Below, piece after piece: positions 24,098 through 37,091 of a stretch of DNA of 64,000 nucleotides. Source of the DNA: Nemertoderma westbladi (Eukaryota > Animalia > Xenacoelomorpha); the NCBI GenBank assembly GCA_032718475.1, contig JAUCBJ010003650.1:1-64000 (forward strand), written 5' to 3'. The notes under the pieces are model-generated. The model did no database searches. It was given only the letters and a program-made list of their open reading frames with translations, and was not told the DNA's origin. A program made the translations under genes and the position numbers. Position 1 is the first letter of the stretch. Each line of letters opens with the position of its first letter.

Positions 24098-26160
24098 GGC
24101 TAAGTCACACGAATAGTTCCCAAAAGGCACTCTGGCATTCTGGCATTTTCCAGGTACCTAAATAATTGCAACCAGCGTAAATGCCAAAATGCCAGAGTGC
24201 TTTTGGGGAACTGTTCAACTGTAGTATGATTCCTTAACAGTTCCCAAAAGGCACTTTAGCATTTAATTGTAAATCATTATTAGTGATGATATTACTACCT
24301 TATACAGTACAGTCGGGGAAAAGTTCAAATTTCAACTGAGTTGAAATCTGAAACTTTTTTTTTAAAATTCAACTTTTAAGTTGTAAACTCAACTCTAAAA
24401 TGGCAGGAGGCGCAGTAGCAGAAGGGCCCCAAGACGTCACATAAGGGGTGTTTTTATTGTTTTTATGGATGTAACTCGAAAAATTAACCCTCATTACCGA
24501 TGGAATAAAAACTTTCACCGTCGGCGTCGGGAATACTTTTTTTAAAAACATTTTAAGTGATTACATTTGTAAAATAGCTGAAATACTACGGGAATTTATT
24601 AGATGTATGAAATTACCACTGTTTGTCATAATTATTATACAATGGAATACCAGTAATGGATTCCAATTCCATATTTCAGTATCTCCAAAGCTACTTCAAA
24701 AGTTGAATTTTGAAAAAAAGTTGAATTTTAAACTCTAGGCCTTACTCCAAAAGTTGAATTTTGATAAAAAGTTAAATTTTAAAAAATAAAGTTTAAATTT
24801 CAACTCAGTTGAAAATAGAACTTCTCCCCGACTGCAGTAAGCCTAAGTGTGCGTAGCATAGTACTGTAGTAAAGCGAACTACCTAGTATTACTGTATTAG
24901 CTTGATTGAACATATTTAAATATAAAATGACTTACACCGCGCAATTGTAGGTCATACCTACAGACATATTTAATGTAATTCTTTTACAAGAAAACGTTTT
25001 TATAAAACGTTCCAGAATATAATATGAAACTGTCAATATTACATTTTGTATTACATAGGCCTACCTACAATAAGATTGTCGCTCGATTAATTTAAATTAT
25101 GTTTATTCCTTTATTATTACGGCAGGTGAACGTGAAGTAAACAAAATTGCACCCTAACACCACGTACTGACGTATAAGTACTTACAATGAAATGTAATGT
25201 AGGTAGATTTTGGAGTCAGAATCAGGATAGGGAAACGGGACTAGCTGACTAGGTCGATTAGCTAATTAGCAGAGCTGGTAGACGCTAGTCACTAGTGCTC
25301 TGCTATCCACCGTATCGCAGTATCGTATTCTGCACGATGTGGGCACTAATCCTGTAATCTAATCAGACACAGACTCAGTCAATGCTGCGAATGATGACCT
25401 CGCTCTTAGACATCCCAACAGCCTCCAGTACAGTTTAGTTTATCGGATGGTACCGTTTTGCATTTATTCGAATTAATTATACAGTTATAAGTCCTTTCTG
25501 CCTTTTAGATTTACATTAAATTACAATTATTCTGCTGCGCAGTATATAATTTAAAAATGTTCAAGTCATATTATATACCGGTATCCTATAATACTACTAC
25601 TGTAATATCACCACACTGACACGACTAATAATTACCGTAATAATAAAATAATTAACGACTTACTGGACTAAATATATCTCGACGTTACCAGTACATAATA
25701 TTATTATTATCCATTGAATATTGTGCATAATAAACGTGAGAGCATTGTTTTGTATTTCCGGTATATTATAATATTGTCTGAATGTAGCCTAGGCTGCTAG
25801 GCCTAATAAATATTTTTATTAATAGTGTATGTCACGTACAGACGCAGGCCTATGTCAGTATGTTGCAGTGTTGAACTATAACATACTGATTACTGACATA
25901 CAAGAACTAAGTACAGAAGTAATACTTTATCAATTAAATTACTTAATAAACTAGTAGTATCAATGAAATATTATTGCATGTTACAGTGTTATGATATGAC
26001 TATGAGTACCGGTACCGGTACATTATACTATAGGCCTACACACTTTACACTTATCTGACTGTCTGACTTATACCAGTCTGCCAGTATACAGTCAGACAGT
26101 ATACCTGGAAAATGCCAGAATGCCAAAGTGCCTTTTGGGAACTATTCGTGTGACTTAGCC
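24098..26160. mobile_element. Non-autonomous TIR DNA transposon (Harbinger/ISL2EU-like termini), ~60-bp TIRs
   Basis: GGCTAAGTCACACGAATAGTTCCCAAAAGGCACTCTGGCATTCTGGCATTTTCCAGGTA at 24098 and its reverse complement ending at 26160, with extra subterminal copies at 24180-24260. The TSD is not resolved and there is no transposase. Confidence 0.75.
24310..24834. mobile_element. MITE nested in the 24098-26160 element
   Basis: TIR CAGTCGGGGA(A/G)AAGTTC..TTTCAACTGAGTTGAAAT at both ends; CAGTA lies on both flanks (24305-24309, 24835-24839). Confidence 0.8.
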
Positions 26161-28025
26161 ACACACACGTGTGTTATGTCGCCTGTTTTTTGTCAATATG
26201 GTTCACTGTGTCAGTTTGAGTTAGTAGTTTGTCTATCTTCCCTGCCATTCGAGTTTTAGGCCTATATGCATATGAAACATGGGTTCGTGTAAATCTTCGT
26301 TTTATCAGATTTTGCTGTCTCTCCATCTCCACTATTGCTGTATTGACTGATGAAACACTGGAACAACTTGGGTTAGGTTCCGGTGCCAGGGTACTCGACC
26401 CGTTTCACGTTTACTGGTTTATGTTAAGTGGGCTAGTTCTCAGGTTCTATGTACCAGTCACCAGTACTGCAGTACAACAGTACCATGGCTGCATGGCCTA
26501 CACGCTACACAGTACAGCTGTACAGGTAGTACTGTAGTAGGCCTAAGTGTGAAGGTACACAAGTACGGTACCAGTACAGCTGTAGGCCTATTTTTTATTT
26601 ATTTATTGTGTGATATTTTTCTTCCAACATTAGGAAATAAAATACTACAGTATGCTCTACAAAGTGAAAGTAAAATGGTAAGTTAACAATTCACATATAA
26701 ATACAATATATTATTTTATTGTTGAATTTCTGGATTACTTAACGCACGTCTATGGACGAGCCGTAAATAATCCGCCTATTTATTTCTCGCTCGTGCTGCT
26801 GTCTTGGTTTATATTATTAACAAAGTGTATTATAGCTATTTCTTGTTGCATTTACCTAATGTAGGAAATTACCTAATACATGTATAAGGTATTTTTTTAT
26901 GCTAGCTGTATATCTAGTATGTTCGTCAACATGTCAGCTATTATTTTTATACATTTCACATTTATAAACATACATACATACATACATATACATATACCCC
27001 TACATATACAAACATACATTAATACATTTTTTTAAATAGACCTAGGTTAGGTTAGAGTTCCACCGTATTGCTGTACTGCCGTTGTAGTTTGCTGTGAAAT
27101 TAGCCAGTTAGCGTAGGCTGACTGTGCTGATTATGGTACTGTCAGACTGTGGTACCTAAGCTATATACTGTTAGGTATATATTGCTGTATTGGGGTGGGT
27201 TTAGGAATAATCCATTTGTTTTAGCATTGAACTGTTGAATCCCCTTATTTATTATAAAACCATTGGAAATATTCGCAAATGCCGCTCCATTACTGTCTGA
27301 AACGCTCCCGACAGTCCGATGCTGCGATGTATCTGGACCCGAGCAGCCGAGTTGCTTCAAGAGGTGATTAACGGGGGAATACTACGGAATTTCTTGTTTG
27401 TCAGTACGATTCTATTTGGGTAGGCCTATTTACTACACTCAGACACTGGGAATACGGCGGTCGGTCAGATCGTAATGCGGGCCACTGCCAAGTTCCTCAT
27501 GCCTCACTCCGGTCACCCACCTTGGAGTGCGGTGGGAAGAGTCCCACTTACTGACTTACGTCGACGACTGGACGAATCAACGAGGATTGCGATCTGGGTT
27601 TAGCGGCGGCCCGGATCCTGGGATCGCTGGGGGAAATGGTTGAACGTTGGACAGACGTTATCGCACTGGATTACATTCTCTGTGACGCGAAAGTGTGAAG
27701 CGAATTCGTTGTCGAATTGGGTCGGAAGCTGCGGGAATTCTACTGTTCTACGGGAGTAAACCGCAGCGGTCCGGTGACTACGGACGGATACTACTGGGAT
27801 AAGCAGGTATTTCGATCGAGTTTCTCGTATTCTCGATGCTCGAGGCGGATAGAGAGTTGGTTGTGTTGGACGGTGTTGTTCAATTCTATCAAACATATTA
27901 AATAATTGGTAAAATAATAAAAACACACCAGATAAAGATACTGAGCTTATGGTAAAGAGATAGGCCGAACTTACAATTTCCAAATAGATTGTTCATATAA
28001 TAAATATATTTTTGGTATTTGATTT

Positions 28026-28290
28026 CAAGATAGGGGGGGGGGGGGGGGGGGGGGCTGGACGCAATAAAAATTCATCCCTCTCCAGGGGAAATTGGACGCA
28101 AATAACAACAGCTGATTTCTCTCAAAAATAAAACTGTAACCTGTTCTATTGTGTTTACTTTATTGTTTTGGTTAAAATAACGTGCCACTGTAACCTGCTC
28201 CTTTCCCAAAATTTAGAAATTAATATTGAGGCGGGATATTAATTCGCCAAGATGGGATTTGCGTCCAGTCCCACCCCCTCCTATCTCTTG
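28026..28290. mobile_element. MITE with a possible 4-bp ATTT TSD (Sola-like); related sequence at ~12945-13125
   Basis: CAAGATAG(G)nCTGGACGCAA at the left and TTGCGTCCAGTCCC...CCTATCTCTTG at the right, with ATTT on both flanks. The internal GGAAAGGAGCAGGTTACAG...AACCAAAACAATAA unit is shared with 12985-13045 and 29135-29455. Confidence 0.6.
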
Positions 28291-28389
28291 ATTTTACTAA
28301 AAAATAGAATACATTGCATTTTACTGTTATAATTACTGTATTGAATAAAATAATTAATTGATTGTTTATTAAACCGTGCTAAGCACGTT

Positions 28390-28765
28390 GAACTGGAGCT
28401 CTAACAATTCCCCACTAGCGGCAGACAGGAACTGTAAAAGTCTCTGTAGAATTTCTAATTAAGCAATGCTCTTATAGGTAACTACTACTAAATTTCAGAT
28501 GAATCTGATCGTTGGTTCTATAATTACAGCTATTTTTACGTTTCTGTTAATTCGCCCCCTAGCAGCAGACCGGGGAACTGTAGAAGTCTGTCTGTGTGTA
28601 GAATTTATAAATTTTTTATAGACTACATGTGTACCAAGTTTGGTTCCATTTCATCCATGATTGACCGACTTATTAGCGTTCAAACATTCCTGCCACAAAC
28701 ATAGCCAGAGGCAGCCACAAACGAATAAAAGCTGCAGGAACTCGAGCGATAATTAATTTATTAAT
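28390..28765 (-). mobile_element. Remnant of a HINE/Helentron-associated repeat family
   Basis: Diverged subunits with GTCTGCCGCTAG.GGG and AAACTTGG/AAATTT motifs resembling the 157-bp subunits at 32731-34030. Confidence 0.4.
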
Positions 28766-28947
28766 TATTAAATACTGTTTCAATTAAATTATTTACGAAA
28801 ATCTAGTCATCTTCTTTTAAATATGGACCCTGCATTCATGGAAAATATAATATTTGATAATTCATCAGTCAGCCTACGCTAATTTCACAGCAAAGTCCTT
28901 GTCATGGCCTGTGTGTAGTAGGCCATGGTACCACCCTACTACCGGTA

Positions 28948-29874
28948 CCGGTGTAACAGGAAAATATGCCCCCCCGGGAAATGTGCCCGGGGGGGCATAT
29001 TTTCCTAGGAAAAAATGCCCCCCCGGGCAAATTTCCCTAGGAAAAAATGCCCCCCCTTAGGAAATTATACCCCCCCCCTGAATTATACAATAAACAAAAC
29101 TTATTACTACTAAAACTTACAAAAATTATACAAAACAATAAACAGTCACTTTACCAAATGAAGGAAAGGAGCAGGTTACAGAGGCAGGCCTTTCTAACCA
29201 AAACAATAAACGATCATTTAACTAATTGAGGGAAAGGAGCAGGTTACAGAGGCGGGATTTTCTAACCAAAACAATAAACAGTTACTTTAGCAAATCAGGG
29301 AAAGGAGCAGGTTACAGAGACGGGATTTTCTAACCAAAACAATAAACGATAACATTACCAATTGAGAGAAAGGAGCAGGTTACAGAGGCGGGATTTTCTA
29401 ACCAAAACAATAGACAATCACTTTACCAAATCAGGGAAAGGAGCAGGTTACAGACTTAAAAAAGCTTGGAGCTGCTCGGCGCCCACACAACCAGACAACA
29501 CCACACACTCCCATTGCTGTTATACCAGTACTTACTACAGTAGCCTACTGACTTTGATACTTCAGTATGCTGTTCTACATCCCTTACTGCCTTACCTGCT
29601 TACCTACCGGCAGACCGGTACCGTACTATTCTTCCAACTATTACAAGTTCTGCAGTTGGTAGATTAAAAGTGGCTACCAGCAGACCGGTATCGTACCAGT
29701 TTTCAGACTTTTGAGGGGGGCTAATTTTCCTGAGGGGAGGCATTATTTCCTAAGGAGAAAATGCCCCCCCGGGCTAAATTTCCTAGGAAAAATTGCCCGG
29801 GGGGACATAATATCCTAGGAAATAATGCCCCGGGGGGCATATTCTAGGGGGGGCTGATTTCCTTGTGACACCGG
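28948..29874. mobile_element. Non-autonomous TIR element with repeat-rich TIRs and an internal ~72-bp tandem array
   Basis: CCGGTGT.ACA.GAAA termini; subterminal TTTCCTAGGAAAAA/GCCCCCCGGG repeats in inverted orientation; five GGAAAGGAGCAGGTTACAGA units at 29135-29455. Confidence 0.75.
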
Positions 29875-30829
29875 CTGACCGCGTGACCGGTGGCAACTAG
29901 CACTTCAGCACTTGCACAGCAACAGCACTACCGGCGATACACAGGTTGAAATTTATGTAGAGTTTGCTCAACATTACAGATATAAAATAGTTATCTAAAT
30001 TATATATATTACTATTGACAAGTATTGAAATATATACCGTTATTCGTGTTATCAGTATTTGCAACATCTGACATTGAAGAGGTGAGAGAAGAAGAATACC
30101 GGCACTCAACATAACCAACGCTTATCACAGGTCGGTATGGTTACCTCGAAACCGGCGCGACTGTCCACTCGAATACAACTTCAAAACACAAACGCCAACA
30201 ATAAACTGAAAGCGAATCGAACTCTTCAGAAGAATCTGTCATTGGGACGAAGAAAAGTAAGCCGAAACCACGGGAATGGACCACAGCTAAGATTGAATGC
30301 TCCCATTGTCAGAGTTCCTGGACCGAAATTGAAACACCAATTGCCGATGGGCTTGATCTCTCAAACCAAAACTTCCTCTGCGGGGTTTGCGTGGCAGTAA
30401 AGATTGAAAGTCTGGAAGCTGGCATCCCTAGGTATTATTATTATAAAGAGCGTCAGCCTGCGTTTAATAAATATATTTTAATACAAAACAGGTCGAACGC
30501 AAAAAGGCTTATAATGAAGACGAGTACTGCATTGATTATATTCCTATAAACCACCTGGCTTTGCATATTGAACGTGCGTTTGGAAATAAGTTCGTGCTAC
30601 CCTTCCGTGGGTGGTAGATGTCGCGGTTATGTATTGGTGGGTGGGGGAGGGGGGGGGGGGGGGGTGCAGATTAAAGGGGGTGAACACGTGCTGTCCCCCT
30701 TTCTTTGATTAATTGGTGGTGTGGGTTAATCTCTCATAACCTGATTTTGTGATACAGTCGCACAATTTTAATTTGTATCTCATAACTGGGCCTCGTGCTG
30801 CGCGAAGGCCCCACGAACGTGTATGTCCC

Positions 30830-30916
30830 TGTAGAGTTAGTATCATCACCGAATATCTTGCACAAAGGTGAAACAATGGAAGGCACATCATTGACGAAAG
30901 CTGGAAAGAGTATCAT
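30830..30916 (-). pseudogene. Small CR1/L2-type RT remnant
   Basis: FVNDVPSIVSPLCKIFGDDT (cf. FINDLP...KLFADDT). It abuts an isolated HINE 3'-end motif CGTGCTGCGCGAAGGCCCCAC at ~30794-30814. Confidence 0.5.
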
Positions 30917-30999
30917 TGTAGCAGTGACAGTTCATTGGAGGTGGAGTACGGTAGCTACGCAACTGGTAACAGCTACCGGTAGGGCTATCAGCTGAGGAC

Positions 31000-32590
31000 C
31001 CGGACGCCATCCTCGGACAAAGCGGGACCGAACTGTCAAGAAACTTTGTATAAAAACATTGTATTAATACGGGAACAAACGGTCCCTTTCCTAGACCACC
31101 CGATAGACGCAGACGAGGTTACTTCCGCAGTACACTCGCAGAAGAATCACAAAGCAGCGGGTCCTGACGGGGGTATCCTTTTCTTCCATTTCTCCTCACT
31201 CTGTTCTCAATGTGTTTGTCGGCGGCAACCTGCCCAGCTCTTTGGTTAAACTCATACCTTCTCCCCCTTTATAAAGGAAAGGGCCCTAAAGTCTCCCCGG
31301 ATTCGTATCGGGGCATCGCTCTACTTTCATGCCTATTAAAGACCTACACGACTATCTTGTATAATCGGTTATACTACTGGTCCGAATCCTCCGAGATTCT
31401 CCCATGCTGCCAGTACGGTTTCCGCAAGGGGCGTTCTACGAACTAAGCGGCTACGAAGCTGATTACACTAATCCGACATACCTTGAGTAACCCCGGAGGA
31501 CACGTGTACTGTACTGCGTGTTCGTCGACTTTTCGAAAGCGTTCGACTCGGTTAACCGTAGAAAGCTATGCTTCAAACTGTCCAAGTTGGGCATCAGTCG
31601 GGCGTTCATCGCTGCCCTCTCAGCCTCTCGGCACTAATATCGACCAACTTCGTGTACATCTGCCTTGGTGTTTATGTCATGGACCCCATAACACAGACAA
31701 TTGGAGTTGTACAAGGAGACAAACTGTCGCCTCTCCTATTTAGCCTATTTCTGTACGACCTCCCAGTTGTAATACTCGCAGTTGGATGTCACATGTTCAT
31801 GTATGCTGATGATGTAGCCATTACCGGAACAACAATCGTAGAAGTACAAGCTGGACTCGACAAGCTTTCCGACTATTGCAAAGAATACGATCTGATCGTT
31901 AACAAGTCCAAAACGAAGGCTATTAAATTCCGGCATGGTGGTCGGCTTTGTAAGACGGACGTCCTCATATACCAAGGATCACCTCTCGAGTTCGTCAACT
32001 CCTTCGAGTATCTCGGCGTTGTAGTAACTACTACCGCTTGTGCGTCCGGCCACTATAATCATCTCCACAAGCGAGGGGTTTCCTCCTGCATGAGACTGGC
32101 CTCCTGGGTCAGTTTCAATAAAATATCGATGGTATCAGCGGGTCGATTGTGGCGCGGGGTTATCCTTCCGTCTACCACATACGGTTGCTCCGTCTACGGC
32201 GTTTCCGCGGCCGACGCACCCAGTTTACCACACGTGGAACTCGTTCGCGCATTCTTCTGGAAACTGTGGTGCGGGGTGAGAAAATATGCATCATCCACCA
32301 CGATTCTACAAGCGGTTGACATAACCAACATCATTTCTCTCAGGAAGCTAACAGGACTAAGACGTCGAGCTGCGGCACAGTACATATCAAATGGCTCGCA
32401 CCATAAACTGTGCAGAACCAAACGCTGCTGGAAACCGATACCTTCGTGCGTCTGCGCCTTCTGTGACGCATCGGCGTCCGAAAAATTCCACGCTGCCACG
32501 TGTCCGGAGGTAGCAGAAACGTCCGCATTTAAAACCGCCTTAGCAATGTATGTACTTAAACAGCCCACTTGATTTATTTTATTATCATGG
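31000..32590 (+). mobile_element. 5'-truncated non-LTR retrotransposon (RT with Cys/His C-terminus), frameshifted; clade uncertain
   Basis: KAAGPDG; PLYKGKG....SYRGIALLS; QYGFRKGRST; VDFSKAFDSV (alternate frame); GVVQGDKLSPLLFSLFLYDLP; YADD; VNKSKTK; FEYLGV; C-terminal CVCAFC......H..C. Confidence 0.9.
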
Positions 32591-32603
32591 TCAACAACTC
32601 ATA

Positions 32604-35505
32604 TGTGGGGCGAGCCACGAAGTTGGCGGAGCCTTAGCGAATTGACACTGTTAGGGGGTGGGTCAATTTATGCAAATAGTTGTCGTCGTCGTCGTCGTCG
32701 TTGTCGTCGTCGTCGTCGTCGTCGTTGTCGTCGTTACGATTTTGACATGCTAATAACTTTGTCGGATTTAAAGCTGCCAAGTTGAAAATTTGTAGGTATC
32801 AATATGAGCAAAAGTTGAGATTTTTGAGAGACTTTCAGACACCATCAGTGCAATGGTCTCCCGCTAGAGGGCCACATGTCTAAACATTAAATGCCCTCCC
32901 ATTTCTTTGCTTTTAATCCGTTTAAGCTGAAACTTGGCAGATATGTATTAGACCATTAGCTGTGACTTTCAAAGGAGGCGAATCCATCTGCAGTTCTCCA
33001 GTCTGCCGCTAGAGGGCCAAAGGTCTGAAAGTGAAATCGTTGTCGTCGTTACGATTTTGACATGCTAATAACTTTGTCGGATTTAAAGCTGCCAAGTTGA
33101 AAATTTGTAGGTATCAATATGAGCTAAAGTTGAGATTTTTGAGAGACTTTCAGACACCATCAGTGCAATGGTCTCCCGCTAGAGGGCCACATGTCTAAAC
33201 ATTAAATGCCCTCCCATTTCTTTGCTTTTAATCCGTTTAAGCTGAAACTTGGCAGATATGTATTAGACCATTAGCTGTGACTTTCAAAGGAGGCGAATCC
33301 ATCTGCAGTTCTCCAGTCTGCCACTAGAGGGCCAAAGGTCTGAAAGTGAAATCGTTGTCGTCGTTACGATTTTGACATGCTAATAACTTTGTCGGATTTA
33401 AAGCTGCCAAGTTGAAAATTTGTAGGTATCAATATGAGCTAAAGTTGAGATTTTTGAGAGACTTTCAGACACCATCAGTGCAATGGTCTACCGCTAGAGG
33501 GCCACATGTCTAAACATTAAATGCCCTCCCATTTCTTTGCTTTTAAATCCGTTTAAGCTGAAACTTGGCAGATATGTATTAGACCATTAGCTGTGACTTT
33601 CAAAGGAGGCGAATCCATCTGCAGTTCTCCAGTCTGCCGCTAGAGGGCCAAAGGTCTGAAAGTGAAATCGTTGTCGTCGTTACGATTTTGACATGCTAAT
33701 AACTTTGTCGGATTTAAAGCTGCCAAGTTGAAAATTTGTAGGTATCAATATGAGCTAAAGTTGAGATTTTTGAGAGACTTTCAGACACCATCAGTGCAAT
33801 GGTCTCCCGCTAGAGGGCCACATGTCTAAACATTAAATGCCCTCCCATTTCTTTGCTTTTAATCCGTTTAAGCTGAAACTTGGCAGATATGTATTAGACC
33901 ATTAGCTGTGACTTTCAAAGGAGGCGAATCCATCTGCAGTTCTCCAGTCTGCCGCTAGAGGGCCAAATGTCTGAAAGTGAAATCGTTGTCGTCGTTATGA
34001 TATTGACATGCTTATAACTTTGTCGAATTTAACCCTTTCGGTACCATGGCACATACGTCTGTTCCATGGGTATTGCGCTATGACACACACGTCTGTTCCA
34101 TGACATTTATTCGATTTCTAAGAAGGGAAAATGTTGCTGGACTCTTAAGTACATGCTTCTATATGTTAGCGGCGCATTTCAGCTTGTGTCTACTGCAATT
34201 TAACTACGGTCGGCCTACTGCAGACCTGCTTACAGACTTCCAGACTTTAGCAATAACAGAATAAGGCAGTACTACAGTAAGGTACGCCTAAACTGACTAA
34301 ACAGCCTAAACAAAAAAGCCTAAACAAACTGACCGACAGACAGTCTGGATAGGGTCAAAAGTGAAAACTGACAGCGGAAATGAAATCCTTGACCAGGAAA
34401 ACCCCCATAGAATGAATTTTAATTAGCTAATGTGATTCCTTATATTTTTGACGGACAGACAGACCGACAGACAGACCGACAGACAGACCAACAGACAGTC
34501 TGGATAGGGTCAAAAGTGAAAACTGACAGCGGAAATGAAATACTTGACCACGAAAACCCTCATAGAGAGAATTTTAATTAGCTAATGTGATACCTTATAT
34601 TTTTGACGGACAGACAGACTGACAAACAGACCGACAGACAGACCGACAAACAGTCTGGATAGGGTCAAAAGTGAAAACTGACAGCGGAAATGAAATCCTT
34701 GACCAGGAAAACCCCCGTAACGAGAATTTTAAATAGCTAATGTGATTCCTTATACTTTTGACGGACAGACAGACCGACAGACAGACCGACAGACAGTCTG
34801 GATAGGGTCAAAAGTAAAAACTGACAGCGTAAATGAAATCCTTGACAAGGAAAACCCTCATAGCAAGAATGTTAGTAGATTTTATTCTTTCTAAAGTCTT
34901 GACAGACAAACTGACAGAAAGACTGACAGACTTCAGAAATTCATGAATTAGAGTTGGGCACTTGGGGGTTTGAATAATTTCCAGTTAGGTACCGAAAGGG
35001 TTAAAGCTGCCAAGTTGAAAATTTGTTTTGTTGAAAATCAGTTCAACAGTCACCCGCTATAGGACTACTTTATGCCTGAAAGTGAATAGATTCTCCCGTC
35101 TCATTGATTTTAATCAGTTTAAGCTGAATCTTGCCATATATTCTGGACCACATGCTGCGTCTTTGTGGGGGGGGGGGGGGGGGGGGATTTAATCGGTCTG
35201 CCGCTATACGACGAAATTTCTGAAAGTGAGATCCGTCTCTCATTTCGTTATCCGTTATTCAAGATGAAACTTGGCCGATGTACGTATGTACGTACTATTC
35301 ATCCATAGGCTGTGTCTTTGTGGGGCTGGAGACCCTAATCCATCTTCAGTTCTCACTATACCGCTAGAGTCAGAAATGTCTGAATAGAAATGAAAGAGGT
35401 AAAAAGTGATTAGGCGAAATCTGCTTAAAATTTGCTAATACAGTAATACTTTCGAATTAGTACTTAAATTAAATTTAAGTCACGTGCTGCGCGAAGGCCC
35501 CACTT
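32604..35505 (+). mobile_element. Helentron-associated interspersed element (HINE/DINE-1-like), copy 1, with four 315-bp tandem units
   Basis: 5' GTGGGG..GCCACGAAGTTGGC hairpin, (GTC)n microsatellite, tandem units starting at 32731, 33046, 33361 and 33677 with a diverged unit at 33992, and a 3' GCTGCGCGAAGGCCCCAC end whose CCCCAC is inverted to the 5' GTGGGG. No TSD is seen. Confidence 0.75.
34033..35000. mobile_element. Non-autonomous piggyBac-type element (968 bp) inserted at TTAA
   Basis: TTAA|CCCTTTCGGTACC ... GGTACCGAAAGGG|TTAA (13-bp TIR). The empty site GAATTTAAAGCTGCC is present in the paralogous copy at ~36581. Internal ~155-bp repeats carry (GACA/GACC)n. Confidence 0.92.
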
Positions 35506-35509
35506 GGTG

Positions 35510-35785
35510 TTCTTTATATATACAGTATATGACCTTCCCCCGTTGCTAGGTTCAGTTCAATGAAAGCTGTATGCGGATGATGTGAAAATTTACGCAACTT
35601 CGGCAGCCAACATAAATTTGACTGAAGCGCTGCAGGTACTTTAAACTTTGGCTGATTCATGGCAATTATCGATTGCCGCCCATAAATGCCAGCCAAGTCA
35701 TATAATTTGGGTTTGGAAACCCAGCAACGCCACATTATCTAAATAATTCGATATCAGATTCGGTCGGCCATTCTAGAGATCTTGG
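35510..35785 (+). pseudogene. CR1/L2-type RT remnant between the two HINE copies
   Basis: KLYADDVKIY ... W.LSIA..KC ... SRDLGV. Confidence 0.7.
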
Positions 35786-37091
35786 TGTGGGGCGAGCCAC
35801 GAAGTTGGCGGAGCCTTAGCGAATTGACACTGTTAGGGGGTGGGTCAATTTATGCAAATAGTTGTCGTCGTCGTCGTCGTCGTCGTGTCGTCGTCGTCGT
35901 CGTTGTCGTCGTCGTCGTCGTTACGATTTTGACATGCTAATAACTTTGTCGGATTTAAAGCTGCCAAGTTGAAAATTTGTAGGTATCAATATGAGCAAAA
36001 GTTGAGATTTTTGAGAGACTTTCAGACACCATCAGTGCAATGGTCTCCCGCTAGAGGGCCACATGTCTAAACATTAAATGCCCTCCCATTTCTTTGCTTT
36101 TAATCCGTTTAAGCTGAAACTTGGCAGATATGTATTAGACCATTAGCTGTGACTTTCAAAGGAGGCGAATCCATCTGCAGTTCTCCAGTCTGCCGCTAGA
36201 GGGCCAAATGTCTGAAAGTGAAATCGTTGTCGTCGTTACGATTTTGACATGCTAATAACTTTGTCGGATTTAAAGCTGCCAAGTTGAAAATTTGTAGGTA
36301 TCAATATGAGCTAAAGTTGAGATTTTTGAGAGACTTTCAGACACCATCAGTGCAATGGTCTCCCGCTAGAGGGCCACATGTCTAAACATTAAATGCCCTC
36401 CCATTTCTTTGCTTTTAATCCGTTTAAGCTGAAACTTGGCAGATATGTATTAGACCATTAGCTGTGACTTTCAAAGGAGGCGAATCCATCTGCAGTTCTC
36501 CAGTCTGCCGCTAGAGGGCCAAATGTCTGAAAGTGAAATCGTTGTCGTCGTTATGATATTGACATGCTTATAACTTTGTCGAATTTAAAGCTGCCAAGTT
36601 GAAAATTTGTTTTGTTGAAAATCAGTTCAACAGTCACCCGCTATAGGACTACTTTATGCCTGAAAGTGAATAGATTCTCCCGTCTCATTGATTTTAATCA
36701 GTTTAAGCTGAATCTTGCCATATATTCTGGACCACATGCTGCGTCTTTGTGGGGGGGGGGGGGGGGGGGGGGGGAGATTTAATCGGTCTGCCGCTATACG
36801 ACGAAATTTCTGAAAGTGAGATCCGTCTCTCATTTCGTTATCCGTTATTCAAGATGAAACTTGGCCGATGTACGTATGTACTATTCATCCATAGGCTGTG
36901 TCTTTGTGGGGCTGGAGACCCTAATCCATCTTCAGTTCTCACTATACCGCTAGAGTCAGAAATGTCTGAATAGAAATGAAAGAGGTAAAAAGTGATTAGG
37001 CGAAATCTGCTTAAAATTTGCTAATACAGTAATACTTTCGAATTAGTACTTAAATTAAATTTAAGTCACGTGCTGCGCGAAGGCCCCACTT
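35786..37091 (+). mobile_element. HINE-like element, copy 2, with two 315-bp units
   Basis: Near-identical to copy 1 from TGTGGGGCGAGCCACG to GAAGGCCCCACTT, with fewer tandem units and no piggyBac insertion. Confidence 0.75.

Noticed and set aside
27478-27540. Resemblance to the antizyme +1 frameshift site (GGGCC...TCCTCATGCC...CACCCACC)
   Set aside because: It reads TCC-TCA rather than TCC-TGA, and no antizyme ORF2 follows in any frame.
23326-35000. CRISPR-like appearance of the tandem arrays (38-bp, 72-bp, 155-bp and 315-bp units)
   Set aside because: The units are contiguous with no unique spacers, there are no cas genes, and the context is eukaryotic.
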